From the NCBI GenBank assembly GCA_965198175.1, contig OZ240245.1, positions 1,408,001 through 1,472,000 of the forward strand: DNA of 64,000 bases. Reading direction: 5' to 3'. This DNA comes from Candidatus Poribacteria bacterium. Lineage in GTDB: Bacteria; Poribacteria; WGA-4E; PCPOR2b. Shown piece after piece: positions 10,155 through 20,314 of the stretch. How positions within the stretch are numbered: position 1 is the first letter of the stretch; every line of letters begins with the position of its first letter. The notes below the pieces were generated by a model. That model had not been told where the DNA came from and did not search any database. It worked only from the letters and a program-made list of their open reading frames with translations. Made by a program: the position numbers and the translations under genes.

Positions 10155-10997
10155 CTAAATCTCTACAAATTCAGCTTCTACAGAATTTGGGATGACTCCA
10201 GATTCGTAACCGCGGCGCAGCAGTTCTTTGACGCCATCTCTGCCCTTCTCACCGTAGTCAAGGGTGTAGTCGTTTACGTACATACCAACAAATCGATCCG
10301 TAAGTTTCGTTTCCATATCGCGCGCATAAGTCATTGCATACGCCAATCCCTGCTCACGATGCTCAAGCGCGTATCGAATGCTCTGCTTGAGCAGAGATGT
10401 AATCTGACGGATTTCCTCGTCTCCGATATTTCGGCGGATCGCATTAGCGCCCAGCGGAAGTGGTAACCCCGTTTCCTCATGCCACCATTCGCCCAGATCA
10501 GCAACTTTACACAGTCCCTCGCGCGTATAGGTCAGCTGCCCTTCGTGGATAATCAACCCAGCATCTGCCCGTCCGTCCTGAACGTATTCCAATATCTGAT
10601 CGAAACGGACAACCTCGGGTCGGAAGTCCGGTTGAAAAAGACGCATCGTTAAATAAGCTGTTGTCATCTCCCCGGGAATTGCAACTGTCTTACCCGAAAG
10701 CGCTTCTCTAGACATGGGCTCTCTAGAGACGACAAGCGGCCCGTATCGATCGCCGATGCTTGCGCCGCAAGGGGTCAATACGTAGTCGTCTGCGACATAG
10801 GCGTAAGCGTGAACAGAAATCGCTGTAACCTCCAAATCCGCCTTGAGCGCACGACGATTTAAGCTCTCAATGTCTTCAATGACATGCACAATCTCTAGAT
10901 TATTGGTAGGGATAAGTCCTTCGGCGAGGGCATAGAACATAAAAGCGTCATCTGAATCAGGGCTGTGACCAATTCGAATCTTTTCGGCTTGTCGCAT
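10155..10997 (-). CDS. mqnD: 1,4-dihydroxy-6-naphthoate synthase (futalosine menaquinone pathway)
   Basis: GHSPDSDDAFMFYAL, DIESLN, IIHEGQLTY, DLG.WW...TGLPLPLG and MYVN. Confidence 0.88.
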   Translation of the reverse strand: MRQAEKIRIGHSPDSDDAFMFYALAEGLIPTNNLEIVHVIEDIESLNRRALKADLEVTAISVHAYAYVADDYVLTPCGASIGDRYGPLVVSREPMSREALSGKTVAIPGEMTTAYLTMRLFQPDFRPEVVRFDQILEYVQDGRADAGLIIHEGQLTYTREGLCKVADLGEWWHEETGLPLPLGANAIRRNIGDEEIRQITSLLKQSIRYALEHREQGLAYAMTYARDMETKLTDRFVGMYVNDYTLDYGEKGRDGVKELLRRGYESGVIPNSVEAEFVEI

Positions 10998-11240
10998 CGC
11001 TCCTCCTAAGAAACTCCGAGATGTCTTAAAGACAGATTATTAGTGCATATTTACCTTCAAATATCTGCGCTGATTATAGCAGACTGAGCGATTCATGTCA
11101 AGACCTAACCAGACTGGAACGCTTGCTGTTGACATTTCTACTTAGTTATGCCAAAATATCAAAACTTGTTCCAGCAATCAGTGTTCTCTCCCGTAATGAT
11201 TGATGATAGTTGAGTAAAGGACAAACAGGAAAATGGTTCG

Positions 11241-11810
11241 ATGAAAATCTATACAAAGACCGGTGACACCGGTGATACAGGACTTTATGGCGGGCAGCGC
11301 ATTCCCAAGGATGCCAAGCGTGTTGAAGCGTATGGCACGATAGACGAGCTCAACGCTTGCATTGGGTTCGCAGAATCACAGGTTCAGGACTCCGAAACCA
11401 GTTCGCTCTTGAGCCGCATCCAAAATGAACTCTTCGATCTCGGAGCGGATCTGGCAACCCCAGATGATCACCCAAAAGCAGGTAAACTAAGGATTACCTC
11501 AAATCTCACAGCCTCATTGGAGCGGTCCATCGACCGGTTTCAAGGTCAACTTCCGTCAATGACGCGTTTTATTCTGCCTGGCGGTTCCGCGGGGGGCGCC
11601 GCGTTACACCTCGCTCGAACGGTCTGTCGGCGCAGTGAACGTTGTATTGTCAGCCTTGCGAAAACGGATTCCATCAACTCTGACATCTTGCCCTACCTAA
11701 ATCGGCTTTCAGATCTGCTGTTTGTGCTTGCCCGTCTAGCCAACCACCGCTCCGGCATACCTGAACCATTTTGGCGGTCCCCTCTCGAGCGAGTTCAAGA
11801 GGAAATCTGA
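11241..11810 (+). CDS. pduO: PduO-type cob(I)alamin adenosyltransferase
   Basis: MKIYTKTGD.G.T.L, AYGTIDELN, FILPGG, RTVCRR.ER and YLNRLSD.LF. Confidence 0.95.
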   Translation: MKIYTKTGDTGDTGLYGGQRIPKDAKRVEAYGTIDELNACIGFAESQVQDSETSSLLSRIQNELFDLGADLATPDDHPKAGKLRITSNLTASLERSIDRFQGQLPSMTRFILPGGSAGGAALHLARTVCRRSERCIVSLAKTDSINSDILPYLNRLSDLLFVLARLANHRSGIPEPFWRSPLERVQEEI

Positions 11811-11903
11811 GCTCCGGTCAAACCTTTGGTGCGTCAGGTGCGCTCTGGATCAGGGGAGGCTTTATGAATTGATGAAAGGTCTTGAGTCCGTACACTCCCT
11901 CTT

Positions 11904-12632
11904 TTACAGCCCCGAATTCTTCACAGCTTTCGACAGCTCGTCGACAGTTTGCGGCGCCGAGATTTCTTCTCCAGCAAGCTGCATCGCAAAGAAGTGATCA
12001 CGTAAGCGTTGCAATCCTTCGGGGTCATCCACATCATACCATGGCGGCAGCAATCCCAAGCGCGCATTGACGGATTCAATCTTTTCAAGCGTCTGGCGGA
12101 AAACTGCGTCGGTGCTCCATGAAATATCCTCAAAGACATTGGGAACCGCCAACGCTGCGCCGTGCGCCGAAAAACCTATCAGGTAGTATCCACCATCCAT
12201 GCTTGGTCCGATAGCCACATCGCGGAACTCCAACAGATTGAATGCGTGCTCCACATACGTGAGCGGAAGTGTCGGACTATCAGAACCCACAAACAGAAAT
12301 TTTGAATAGTTCTGATTGCATGCCCATCGAACAGCGGCGATTAGACGCTCGCCCAGAGTTGATCCGACTTGGGGGATATAGAACGCCTCTCGACCAATCA
12401 ATGCTTGCAAAGCCGTAAGGCTGTCAGGAGGAGTATATGCGATAACAAGTTGCGCGGTAGAAATCTTGCGGAGCGCGCTGCACCAATCAATAAGAAAGGC
12501 TCGATATAATGATGCGGCGAGATCTGGAGAGAGGAAGGGAATCAGCCGAGTTTTTACTTCGTTGGGAACTGGATTCTTAGCGAACACAATAATGCAATTG
12601 ACCACATTTCGTCTCTTAACGGGATGGCGCAA
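11904..12632 (-). CDS. TIGR04282/DUF2064 family glycosyltransferase-like protein
   Basis: FAK.P....VKTRL, Q...LGERL, GSDSP, GPS.DGGYYLIG and DVD. Confidence 0.88.
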   Translation of the reverse strand: MRHPVKRRNVVNCIIVFAKNPVPNEVKTRLIPFLSPDLAASLYRAFLIDWCSALRKISTAQLVIAYTPPDSLTALQALIGREAFYIPQVGSTLGERLIAAVRWACNQNYSKFLFVGSDSPTLPLTYVEHAFNLLEFRDVAIGPSMDGGYYLIGFSAHGAALAVPNVFEDISWSTDAVFRQTLEKIESVNARLGLLPPWYDVDDPEGLQRLRDHFFAMQLAGEEISAPQTVDELSKAVKNSGL

Positions 12633-12720
12633 AATTTAGTTGGCGCTGTGATACAAATCACCCGCTCAACAAGGGAAAATAGTTCGACAGCACTTATTAG
12701 GCAACCGGTATTGCCCACCC

Positions 12721-13785
12721 TCAAGTTATGATATCTAAACCCTGCCGCCGAAACTTATCATATTTTTTTTCGATTGGTAAAAGACTCGCCGTGTCTTTCG
12801 TCGAAAATTTGCTATTTCTGCAATGGTTGCCAAACAGAAGAGTTGATTGCCGATTTGAGACCTCCGAATCGCTCGACTTGGAGGGTTTCAACGCTATCAA
12901 AATCGCAATACAGGCGATGATAACAGCAAGGATGGCAATCAAACCTCCCTTCAGCGCGCCGTCGCTGGAATTGATATGATGTTTTGCCACGATGCCAGTG
13001 ATGACAGCTAGCAGAGACAACCCAAACGCCGCATACCACTGAAAGTGGAAAAAAACGGTCAACAGCGAAATTAACGCGAGTCCTAGGCTGACTAGGGCAA
13101 AAGGGCTAATCCGGACAGCAGCATCCGCTAAACTGCTTGTATCTGGTGAGGACGTAGTGTTCCGTTGACGATTGCGATGGCGAGGTGGTGGCACTTCACG
13201 ATAGGTTGATTCGACCAAACGGATAAACTCAGACATCAATTTTTGTCCCCTGAGCCACTGAAAAAGGTGAAGATATTCATGCCGGAGGAGCATTGAGAAT
13301 TCTTGACGTTGAGCACTAAGATCTATAAACTCTTCCCATCGATTTTCTTCCACTATCCCATACGGATCGGGTCCAACTTGCAGCTCGTATCCCCGCCCTA
13401 GGTAATGAATAATCCTGCCAATACCTTCACGTTCCGCAATCGTAACCTCTTCAAGTGCGGTCGGTGCCGCCTTTGGCGGTTCGTTCTCTTGCCGGAAATC
13501 ACGATGGTTGTCTTCGAAAACCACCGTTTCTTCGTGTGCAGGGGATGCCTCATCAGCGATGACCAAATCGATGTTGCTCACAACTTCCAAAGCATCAATT
13601 TGATCTTCTCGGGAAACGGACAGGACGATTTGGCGTTTTCCGTCGGAATCTCTATCGTATGTGGGGCGGCAACGGATGTGCTGATTCCCTAGCGTTGTCT
13701 GAACCAACTTGGATTCCCACTCATCGGTTGTGCGACAGATTTCGACCCAATCGCTGGTGCTGAAAAGTTGATTGTTTTGAGGCAC
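12721..13785 (-). CDS. Membrane protein with a DUF2007-like N-terminus and a DUF4190-like C-terminal TM domain
   Basis: 354 aa, GTG start after AGGAG. C-terminal A..SL.L...AVITGIVA...I......KG..IA hydrophobic pattern. Confidence 0.6.
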   Translation of the reverse strand: MPQNNQLFSTSDWVEICRTTDEWESKLVQTTLGNQHIRCRPTYDRDSDGKRQIVLSVSREDQIDALEVVSNIDLVIADEASPAHEETVVFEDNHRDFRQENEPPKAAPTALEEVTIAEREGIGRIIHYLGRGYELQVGPDPYGIVEENRWEEFIDLSAQRQEFSMLLRHEYLHLFQWLRGQKLMSEFIRLVESTYREVPPPRHRNRQRNTTSSPDTSSLADAAVRISPFALVSLGLALISLLTVFFHFQWYAAFGLSLLAVITGIVAKHHINSSDGALKGGLIAILAVIIACIAILIALKPSKSSDSEVSNRQSTLLFGNHCRNSKFSTKDTASLLPIEKKYDKFRRQGLDIIT

Positions 13786-14004
13786 GAGTTCTCCTTTGCC
13801 GTTTGCGGTTCAGCCTCTCACTCGCGGTTCTTAATCTGCTTGTTTAATCTCGATGTAAAGTCGTGCTGCATCCAAATTTTAGCACGATTCAAAAAAGTTG
13901 TCAACGGGTCAATCCATCTCCCAAGATGAAGTGTTCTGGTTGTGCGGAAGGTCTTTGTAAAGAGCATTGCGGCGTGACAATCGGGCATGACAATCGTTTA
14001 ATAC

Positions 14005-14033
14005 TTGCATTCACGGAGAAAATTTAGTATAAT
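14005..14033 (+). promoter_or_regulatory. Promoter of the cold-shock gene (long 5' UTR)
   Basis: TTGCAT-17 nt-TATAAT about 175 nt upstream of the csp ATG. Confidence 0.6.
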
Positions 14034-14207
14034 ATAAATGCTAACTGTTGAATGGTTAAAATTAGCATTGCAAGTAAGTAAGTAGTATGAGGGGCAAAAC
14101 TGAAGTATCTACCCCAGATCTGCTGTCTTTTTGTACCTCTATGCTTCTTCAGGCTTCATGCGACATTTGCAGTATAGAAATTCACTGATGAAAGGAGGTG
14201 CAATCCG

Positions 14208-14408
14208 ATGGCGCGTGGTCAAGTTAAATGGTTCAACGACCAAAAGGGTTATGGATTCATAACCACCGATGAGGGGGAAGATGTTTTTGTACATTATTCC
14301 GCCGTTGAGGGATCCGGCTTTAAATCTCTCCAAGAGGGACAAGAGGTCGAGTTCAAAATCGTAAGCGGCCCAAAAGGCTTCCAGGCAGAAGAAGTGATGA
14401 AGGTTTAA
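14208..14408 (+). CDS. cspA: Cold-shock protein
   Basis: G.VKWFN..KGYGFI and DVFVHYSA (RNP1/RNP2). Exact paralogue identity is uncertain. Confidence 0.95.
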   Translation: MARGQVKWFNDQKGYGFITTDEGEDVFVHYSAVEGSGFKSLQEGQEVEFKIVSGPKGFQAEEVMKV

Positions 14409-14460
14409 TGTGGTAAAGCGCAAAAACCTGTTTCACAATTCGTCTGAATTATGTAGTGAG

Positions 14461-14491
14461 AGGCTCCCAAGTTTTTGGGAGCCTTTTTTTT
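14461..14491 (+). terminator. Rho-independent terminator
   Basis: AGGCTCCCAA/TTGGGAGCCT stem followed by a T-run. Confidence 0.9.
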
Positions 14492-14653
14492 GTCGTGGAT
14501 TTTATAGAGATTTGCTATAATACGGTGGACAGCGTTAATTTTGTACGTGAACGGTATCAAGAATTTGTGCGCACGTGGGATGTCACTGTTTTTTCCGGTG
14601 GTATTCCACGTTTTTCGGTATAATCCGTTGATGAAGCGCTCGAGTTGAACGAA

Positions 14654-15646
14654 ATGATAAAGATTGGTAATATAGAGATAGGAGAATTTCCGATTCTATT
14701 GGCTCCGATGGAGGATGTCAGCGATCCCCCTTTTCGCAACGTTTGCCACGAAAATGGGGCAGACCTGATGTATACGGAATTTATCTCTTCAGAAGGACTA
14801 ATCAGAAACGCTGCCAAAAGTGTAGCGAAGCTAGATATCTTCGAGTATGAGCGGCCCATCGGCATTCAGATCTTCGGCAGTGAGATTGAATCAATGAGAG
14901 AAGCGGTTGGGATTGCCGAAGCGGTCAATCCCGATCTGATTGACATCAACTACGGTTGCCCTGTAAAAAAAGTGGCGTGCAAGGGTGCGGGCGCCGGAAT
15001 TTTGTTAGATCTTCCGAAGATGATTAAAATGACGGACGAGATCGTAAAGTCCACCGCATTGCCAGTAACGGTTAAAACGCGGCTCGGCTGGGATGAAAAG
15101 ACAAAATACGTTGTCGATGTCACAGAACGATTACAGGATGTTGGCATTCAGGCGATTACCGTCCACGGCAGGACCCGGGCGCAAATGTATAAAGGCAATG
15201 CAGACTGGACGCTGATTGGTGAAATGAAAAATAACCCTCGCATGAAAATCCCTGTTTTTGGGAATGGGGATGTAGACAGTCCACAAAAAGCGGTTCAAAT
15301 GCGCAACAATTATGGAGTAGATGGTATGATGATTGGGCGAGCCGCGATCGGTTATCCGTGGATTTTTAACGAGGTCAAACACTATCTCTCCACGGGTCAA
15401 TTACTGCCCCCGCCTTCTCTAGAGGAGAGCCTCAGTGTCATGCAAAAGCATCTAGATCTCTCCATTAAATGGAAAGGGATGCGGTTGGGTATTCTAGAGA
15501 TGAGAAGGCATTATAAGAACTATCTTAAGGGCATACGGAACATGAAACCTTATCGTTCAAAGTTGGTGACCAGCGATAATTACGGGGAAATTAACCAGAT
15601 TATAGACGATATACAGGAACGTGCCAGATATTCAGATTTCGATTAA
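14654..15646 (+). CDS. dusB: tRNA-dihydrouridine synthase DusB
   Basis: LAPMEDVSD, IDINYGCPVKKV, PVTVKTRLGWD, VHGRTR, GNGD and MIGRAAIGYPW. Confidence 0.93.
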   Translation: MIKIGNIEIGEFPILLAPMEDVSDPPFRNVCHENGADLMYTEFISSEGLIRNAAKSVAKLDIFEYERPIGIQIFGSEIESMREAVGIAEAVNPDLIDINYGCPVKKVACKGAGAGILLDLPKMIKMTDEIVKSTALPVTVKTRLGWDEKTKYVVDVTERLQDVGIQAITVHGRTRAQMYKGNADWTLIGEMKNNPRMKIPVFGNGDVDSPQKAVQMRNNYGVDGMMIGRAAIGYPWIFNEVKHYLSTGQLLPPPSLEESLSVMQKHLDLSIKWKGMRLGILEMRRHYKNYLKGIRNMKPYRSKLVTSDNYGEINQIIDDIQERARYSDFD

Positions 15647-15671
15647 ATCGAATAACATGGAGGATAAGATA

Positions 15672-16433
15672 ATGAAACTCAGACCAAACCGAATCAAGCA
15701 CAAACTTGCGGCAGGAGAACTCGCCTATGTAATCAGCGGTATCACCCACTCAGACGATATTGACGCCTTCGGTCCGAACGGATTCGACGGTGTGTGGCTC
15801 GAAGCCGAACACGGTCCGGTGGATGCGGCGGATCTCGGTAACCTCACTCGCGCGTGCGACATCTGGGACATGACCTCGGTGGTTCGCGTCAACCGCAACG
15901 ACCAAGCACTCATCTATCGTACACTCGACCGCGGCGCCCAAGGCATCGTCGTTCCGCATGTCAACACAAAAGAAGAAGCACAGAACGTCGTTGACGGTGG
16001 AAAATTCGCCCCGATGGGTCACCGCGGTATGTTCACAAGCCGACAGGGCTACGACGTGCCGGATTACTTCGATGTCGCGAACGACGAGACACTGTTTATC
16101 GTACTGATTGAAGACATTGTTGCGATCGGGAATCTTGACGAAATCCTAAGCGTGGATGGCATTGACGTGTTCATGGTTGCTCCGACAGACCTGGCAGCTT
16201 CGATGGGACACCTCGCTAATATTCAACACCCGGAAGTTCAAGGAACAATAGATGACGCACTAGCGCGCATTCAAGCCGCGGGACGTGTAGCCGGTACGCT
16301 AGTCAACAACCAAAATGTCTCCAAATACGTTGCGGCGGGTGTCCGATTCTTATTGACCCAAGTTAAGCCGTGGCTTTCTGATGGCGCTGCCGAATTCATG
16401 AGCAACGCCGAGAACGCTAGACGAAGCGAATGA
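15672..16433 (+). CDS. HpcH/HpaI aldolase family protein
   Basis: W.EAEHG, VRV, LDRGAQGIVVPHV, LIED and PTDLA.SMG. Confidence 0.88.
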   Translation: MKLRPNRIKHKLAAGELAYVISGITHSDDIDAFGPNGFDGVWLEAEHGPVDAADLGNLTRACDIWDMTSVVRVNRNDQALIYRTLDRGAQGIVVPHVNTKEEAQNVVDGGKFAPMGHRGMFTSRQGYDVPDYFDVANDETLFIVLIEDIVAIGNLDEILSVDGIDVFMVAPTDLAASMGHLANIQHPEVQGTIDDALARIQAAGRVAGTLVNNQNVSKYVAAGVRFLLTQVKPWLSDGAAEFMSNAENARRSE

Positions 16434-16573
16434 GAGTCAGCCCAAGTAAGTCTAGCGCAAAATAGCCCTGTAAACGGCTGAAGTTGAGTTTTCTATTTAC
16501 AAGGTGAAGGGTGTTGTTTGAGGGGCAATCCTCGACGCTAGTTTTGTGACATAACCAATTCACATTCTACATC

Positions 16574-17761
16574 TCACACAACACCTTGTTGCTTCAACCG
16601 ATCAACTTCATCAGAACCCATTCCCAACAAACCGGTTAGAATCTCTTCCGTATGCTCACCGAGATTGGGGGCAGGCGCATCAACACGACCGGGTGTTTCC
16701 GATAGCTTAATCGGAATCCCCGGAATCCCGACAGTGCCCGTTATATCATGTTCAACTTCGACAATCATCTCCCTCGCTAGGACTTGTGGATCGGTTGCCA
16801 CCTTGTCCACTGTATTGACCGGACCGCACGGCACACCAATCTCCTCAAGCGCTGTCACCCACTGCTCGGTTGAATGTTGACGCATAATCTGCGCAAGGAT
16901 TGGGAACAGTTCGCCATGATGCTCAGTCCGCAAGGCGTTCGTGCAAAACCGTTCATCGTCGATTAACTCAGGCTGATTGACATGGTCGCAGAACTTTTTC
17001 CACAGCACATTGTTCCCCATCGCAATGACCACATAGCCGTCTGCGGACTCAAATGCCTCGAAAGGGGTTATCGTCGGGTGCCGCCTACCCAACGGCTGCG
17101 GCACCTCGCCAGTGGAGAGGTATCGCACCATCGCGTTTTCCAAGATTGCCACTTGGCAATCCAACATCCCGACATCAATGAGTTGTCCTTCACCCGTCTG
17201 ATCACGATGCCGCAGCGCCGAGAGGATACCAATCGCCGTAAACAGTGCCGCCGTGATGTCACTAATCGACGTGCCGACTCGGACAGGCGGACGATCCGGT
17301 TCACCGGTGATGCTAATCATGCCGCCCATCCCTTGGATAATCATGTCGTAGGCGCCTCGACCGGCATAAGGTCCTGTCTGACCAAACCCTGAGCAGGCGG
17401 CATAGAGCAGCGATGGGCGGTGTGTCTTGAGAGTTTCGTAATCCAAGCCGAGTTTTTTCATTGCCCCCGGGCGAAAGTTTTCAATGAGGACATCCGACTG
17501 CTTGACTAATTCCACGAAGATTTCCTTGCCCAATTCGGATTTCAGATTCAATGTCAGGCTCTTTTTGCCCCGGTTGATGCTCATAAAGTAGAGGCTGAAG
17601 TCGTTCTTGAAAGGACCAATCCCTCTGGCTTCATCTCCGACAACAGGTTGCTCAATTTTGATGACTTCAGCACCGAGATCACGCATGATCATCGCTGCAT
17701 AAGGACCTGCTAAAATCCGTGTGAGATCCAAAACCCGCATCCCTTTTAATGGACCTGCCAT
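16574..17761 (-). CDS. CaiB/BaiF family III CoA-transferase
   Basis: PL.GMRVLDLTRILAGP, NRGKKS, ENFRPG, SGFGQTGP and YDMIIQ. Confidence 0.95.
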   Translation of the reverse strand: MAGPLKGMRVLDLTRILAGPYAAMIMRDLGAEVIKIEQPVVGDEARGIGPFKNDFSLYFMSINRGKKSLTLNLKSELGKEIFVELVKQSDVLIENFRPGAMKKLGLDYETLKTHRPSLLYAACSGFGQTGPYAGRGAYDMIIQGMGGMISITGEPDRPPVRVGTSISDITAALFTAIGILSALRHRDQTGEGQLIDVGMLDCQVAILENAMVRYLSTGEVPQPLGRRHPTITPFEAFESADGYVVIAMGNNVLWKKFCDHVNQPELIDDERFCTNALRTEHHGELFPILAQIMRQHSTEQWVTALEEIGVPCGPVNTVDKVATDPQVLAREMIVEVEHDITGTVGIPGIPIKLSETPGRVDAPAPNLGEHTEEILTGLLGMGSDEVDRLKQQGVV

Positions 17762-17979
17762 CTGTTTTCCTTTCTATCCGTGGTGATATTGCCTCCTATT
17801 TTAGCACAATTCACCCAACTAAATGGATCGAAAATCGTTACGGTCTCTCTTTCGGTATGTGTGCGGTGCCCCGTCGGCTCTCGCTGGCAAATTTTTGTTG
17901 ATTTTCAGCCAAACTGGTGTAAAATATACGCTGTGAAAACTTAGATAATCTGATGACGCGAATTTTGGAGGTAACTAAC

Positions 17980-18765
17980 ATGCGCCCCAACAAATTGCGG
18001 GAGATATTGACCGCCGACCAACCTAGCATTAGCACCCACGTGCACAGCACCTGGCCCAGTGTCGTCGAAGCGATCGGGCATACAGGCATGTACGACTACG
18101 TCGAATTCGTTGCGGAGTACGCGCCGTTCGACCTGTACGCGCTCGACAACTTCTGCAGGGCAGTAGAGCTATTTGACATGTCCGCCATGATCAAAGTCGA
18201 TCAAGAACCCAGATGCTTTCTCGCCCAGCGAGGAATCGGCTCCGGCTTCCAGAGTGTCTTGTTTGCGGATGTCCGAACAGTCGAGGATGCGCACGAATGC
18301 GTCCGCGCCGTACGTCCTGAAACGCCTGAAGCCGGCGGCTATCACGGGGTTGCAACGCGCCGTTCCACGTATATGTCCTACGGCGGTACCCAAGGCTACG
18401 TTGACGCACTCAATGACATCGTCGTTGCTTTCATGATTGAGAAGAAGCCTACTATTGATGCGTTGGAGGAAATCCTTTCGGTGGACGGGCTAGACATGAT
18501 TCAGTGGGGCGGGGCGGACTATTCAATGAGCGTCGGTCGACCCGGTCAGCGGGATACCCCGGAGATAAAGGCTATTGAGCGGAGGGTTATCGAAACAGGT
18601 CTGAAGATGAATGTGCCGCCGCGAGCCGAGATTGACAGTGTGGACGCCGCAAAGTACTACCTGGACCTAGGGGTTCGTCACTTTTGCATAGGCACGGACA
18701 TCATGGTGCTTCACAGGTGGATGAAGGAGAACGGAGAGGCGCTGCGAAAAGAGATTGTGGGATAA
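17980..18765 (+). CDS. HpcH/HpaI aldolase family protein (atypical active site)
   Basis: Fold motifs MIE..LEEILSVDGLD..G.ADYSMS.G are present. AEYA replaces the usual EH. Confidence 0.8.
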   Translation: MRPNKLREILTADQPSISTHVHSTWPSVVEAIGHTGMYDYVEFVAEYAPFDLYALDNFCRAVELFDMSAMIKVDQEPRCFLAQRGIGSGFQSVLFADVRTVEDAHECVRAVRPETPEAGGYHGVATRRSTYMSYGGTQGYVDALNDIVVAFMIEKKPTIDALEEILSVDGLDMIQWGGADYSMSVGRPGQRDTPEIKAIERRVIETGLKMNVPPRAEIDSVDAAKYYLDLGVRHFCIGTDIMVLHRWMKENGEALRKEIVG

Positions 18766-18829
18766 ACGAAACTCTCATAGGATTTTATCTTTAGCCCAAC
18801 TTCTTTGCATCAAGGAGGCAAACTAGCTG

Positions 18830-20140
18830 ATGAATCGTACGATTTTTCGTATAATGAATACCCTCTTGTCGGTGGCGATCGCCTTCATCTTCAACGCATG
18901 CGCGACCGCATCCGACTGGCCGCAATGGCGAGGCGCAAACCGTGACGGCGTCTGGCTCGAAACCGGTCTCGTCGAGAAATTCGATGCTGCCCAACTTCCG
19001 ATCCGGTGGCGTGCACCAATCTCCAGCGGGTACAGCGGACCCACCGTCGCCAACCGGCGCGTGTACGTGACTGACCGCATCACTAAACCGCAGCAGATGG
19101 AGCGCGTCCACTGTTTCGACTGGGAGACCGGAAACCAAATTTGGTCCTATCCCTACCACTGCGAATACCGAAACGTCGGTTACACCGCTGGACCGCGCGC
19201 CAGTGTGATTGTTCACGAGGGGCTTGCCTATGCACTGGGTGCCATGGGACATCTTCACTGCTTCAAGGCGGACAGCGGCGAGGTCGTCTGGAAAAAAGAC
19301 CTCAACATCGAATACAATATCCGTATGCCAGTGTGGGGGATTACTAGCGCGCCGATTATCGAAGGCGACTTAGTCATCGTCCAAATCGGTGGTTCGCCCG
19401 GCGCCTGTATCGTTGCTCTCGACCGCGAAAACGGCGAGGAGCGATGGAAAGCGCTCGATGACCGTGCCTCCTACGCCGCACCTATTTTTATCAATCAGGC
19501 TGGGGCGCGCGTGCTCGTCTGTTGGACAGGCGACAACGTCGTCGGGCTCAACCCGCAAACTGGCGAGCTCTACTGGAAACACCCTTTTGCACCCACCAAA
19601 GGGGTCATATCCATTGCAACCCCCGTATTTCACAATGACCGCCTTTTCGTCACCAACTTCTTTGAAGGTTCGCTTATGCTCAAGGTTCTACCAGACCGCT
19701 TGGAAGTCGAAAAGATTTGGCGCCGCAAAGGCGCAGATGAGAAAAATACCGATAGCCTCCACTCCATCATCTCAACGCCAATTCTTTCCGGGGACTACAT
19801 CTACGGCGTCGACAGCTACGGCGAGCTCCGATGCCTCGATGCCAGCACGGGTGACCGAATCTGGGAAGATCTCACCGCCGTTCCCAAAGCACGCTGGGGC
19901 ACAATCCATTTCGTGCGGAACGCCGACAAGGTCTGGATGTTCAACGAACGCGGCGAGTTGCTTATCACGACCCTGACCCCGGAAGGGCTTAACATCATCA
20001 GCCGCGCCAAACTCATCGAACCGACCCGCGACCAACTAAACAGCCGAGGCGGTGTCTGCTGGGCGCATCCCGCTTTCGCCTACAAACATGTTTTCGCTCG
20101 AAATGACGAGGAATTGGTCTGCGCCGCGCTGGCAAAGTAA
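18830..20140 (+). CDS. PQQ-binding-like beta-propeller secreted protein
   Basis: Signal peptide, DWPQWRG..RDG, repeated G...W motifs and C-terminal WAHPA. Confidence 0.9.
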   Translation: MNRTIFRIMNTLLSVAIAFIFNACATASDWPQWRGANRDGVWLETGLVEKFDAAQLPIRWRAPISSGYSGPTVANRRVYVTDRITKPQQMERVHCFDWETGNQIWSYPYHCEYRNVGYTAGPRASVIVHEGLAYALGAMGHLHCFKADSGEVVWKKDLNIEYNIRMPVWGITSAPIIEGDLVIVQIGGSPGACIVALDRENGEERWKALDDRASYAAPIFINQAGARVLVCWTGDNVVGLNPQTGELYWKHPFAPTKGVISIATPVFHNDRLFVTNFFEGSLMLKVLPDRLEVEKIWRRKGADEKNTDSLHSIISTPILSGDYIYGVDSYGELRCLDASTGDRIWEDLTAVPKARWGTIHFVRNADKVWMFNERGELLITTLTPEGLNIISRAKLIEPTRDQLNSRGGVCWAHPAFAYKHVFARNDEELVCAALAK

Positions 20141-20314
20141 TTAGTTTTAATTTTGAATAAGACTATTTTCCTTGCCGCGCGTTCGCCCCGCGTTTCTCGA
20201 TGGAAACGGTTGTTCCGAAATGATAGACGGCGTTGGGGTAAGCGGAATATCAGCATGACAAACTTGATGATTCTGTGTTCGATATTGGTAACGAGCCAAA
20301 AGGAGGTTATTCCA

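Noticed and set aside
10998..11240. Cobalamin riboswitch upstream of pduO
   Set aside because: No B12-box or other conserved core is visible; only promoter-like hexamers.
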